Both the position numbers and the translations under genes were made by a program. Source: Eledone cirrhosa (Eukaryota). From it: a stretch of DNA of 64,000 nt. The stretch covers positions 14,384,001-14,448,000 of the forward strand of contig OZ024743.1 in the NCBI GenBank assembly GCA_964016885.1, read 5' to 3'. Each line of letters opens with the position of its first letter. The first letter of the stretch is position 1. Positions 61,937-64,000 of this stretch are shown here, in pieces. The notes under the pieces are model-generated. The model saw only the letters and a list, made by a program, of their open reading frames with translations. It did no database searches and had not been told where the DNA came from.

Positions 61937-62789
61937 AATTGAATTGTATATGGAGGTATCCATATTAACTGATACAATATCAAAATATTTGGAAAGTCAT
62001 TGTATCATAATTATATGCAATCATTCAAGTCAAAATGGTCCGAATTGGTGATACATCGTGTAAGATCGCGATAGCTGAAGATAGATGTATAACGGAGCAA
62101 AATATAGAATTTAGAGTAAGTCAACATAAGATATCAAGCAATGCAAAAGAATATAGTTTTCAATAACTTTTTCGATCAATTAATGTAGATAAATATAGAA
62201 TTAATCCGTAATTAACATTTAAAGTAGTTGCATTATTAATGTAATCACAATGTTAATTCATAAATTTATTTACACCATCTCTTCAAGAATAAGACAACAT
62301 ATCTAAATGTATGTGTCAATTTGGATTAAGAGAAATACCAAATAATATGGAGTATAACCAGTATAAAAAGCAGTGACTGAATGAGAAAAGAATTTACTCA
62401 TAATGAAGTGATGTGTATCAACTGAATTATAAATTATAAAGTATAAATGTACCAGTTCAGGGTAAACACTATTTATTCGATTTTACGGTCCTTAACGAAG
62501 CCAAAACCAACGGGGAGGCCACATTAGATAGTTGACAGCAGATACAGTAGGTGTCTATTAACTGAATGCTTTGAACACAGACACACAGACATGAAGTTAA
62601 ACCTTTCCTGCTTTAGTAACCTCTCTAACTAAGCAAGGTGTCTTATTAAATCTATCATCAATAATAAATGTAATGAAATATCCTAACTAAATTGTAATTG
62701 GTTGATATTTGAACTAAATGCTCAATGTTGTAATCTAAGTACTCTGTAGATCTGGTTATAACGATAAATTCGAATTTAACCCTAGTGAT

Positions 62790-62957
62790 AATAATTGTTT
62801 CTACTTTTGTCACAAGGCCGGCACCAACCCTGGTGCATTACTGGTACTTTATTTTATCGAAAGGATGAAAGGCAAAGTTAACCTCGGCGGCATTCGAACT
62901 CAGACTGTAAAGGGCAGTAACTCTATACTGCAAAGCATGGCGTCCGAACCTCTACCT
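62790..62957 (-). mobile_element. Octopus-type SINE
   Basis: Same family motifs. Confidence 0.8.
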
Positions 62958-63676
62958 ATGAATGATACCTCCAATATTATCACTCACATTGAGGCAAAAC
63001 CCCTATAAATCTAGTTTTTTAAAACCCCTATAATTTTTTTTTTTAAAAGGATTTTCTTCTTGGTATAATTGTCTCCTTTCTTTTTTTCTCTATTTTAATA
63101 TGTAGACGAAAAACCTCTATAAATAAACAATTCTGTTATTAGGTGTGAATATGGGATTGTTGGTCTTATATTTATATATACTTACATGGGTTTCTCACAA
63201 ATAGTCACCTGTCGTCTCTCTTAAGGAAACATTTTAAACCTCTATTTCACACCCACTGTATCCGGTGTCAATTATATGTCTGTTTGTTTTGGGCTTAATT
63301 GAGAGTCCCAAATTCAAATAAACATTACCACTGTACAGGTAAATTTATATTTTTTAAATTTATAGTTCAGTTGATACAACTTACTTCCATAAGATTAAAT
63401 TATTTGCCCATGCCAGTAATGTTTTTCTACCGATTATACCGTGGATTATTTAATATTTCTGTAAATATAAATTGACAAATCAATTCTAACATTTCCTTAT
63501 TCCTGAAGAGGTGTAGATGAATTGATGCATTATCAGTGAATTTACATAAGTATATATATAAGTATATATACATATATAAGTATATATGTGTATATGTGTA
63601 TGTATATATGGACGTATGTATGTGTGTGTCTATATGGATGGACATGTATATATGTATCTATCTATGTGTGTGTGTG

Positions 63677-63733
<57 letters not shown>

Positions 63734-64000
63734 TAAGATCAAAAGATGGTTAAAAGAGTTCCATGTATTTTATTATGCGCATTTCAAAAACAAATATCAT
63801 CATGCGAAGACATTTGCGTTTTCGTCAGATAAAATAGGGAGACATGATATGAAGGTTAAAAAACACTTGTGAATAGTGCAGTTTTAAATCAACATATGAA
63901 AAGTAGTTTTAGATTCATGTGTGATATTGGGAAAAAAGTTGAGGGGTGGGGTGGAAAGGATGAAAAAGAGGAGGAGATGAGAGTAAAGAATGGAGGGGGG

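Overview
AT-rich, microsatellite-dense animal genomic DNA, most likely from an octopod cephalopod (inferred from many copies of an Octopus-type tRNA-derived SINE). I find no intact host gene. The window is mostly retroelement debris. Penelope-like elements (PLEs) dominate: a 5'-truncated but nearly intact RT+GIY-YIG element at ~56.7-60.1 kb, an RT pseudogene at 50.7-52.4 kb, a Neptune-type remnant at 9.7-12.2 kb and a GIY-YIG fragment at 8.3-8.9 kb. There are also RTE, Tx1/L1 and R4/Dong LINE fragments and a Helitron helicase fragment. The clearest structure the ORF track does not explain is a set of about nine fold-back (inverted-repeat) elements sitting in (TA)n tracts. All have the same tail-out polarity and most carry a hammerhead ribozyme motif in each arm. 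By eye there are about 20 hammerhead motifs in about 11 sequence families, with non-canonical cores (CCGANGA, CAGAAGA, UUGANAA) and stem II insertions of 60-85 nt. More tentatively, the DNA between the transposons looks like several very decayed LRR-containing adhesion-GPCR pseudogenes. Coordinates were read by eye and may be off by a few bases; no folding or database searches were run.
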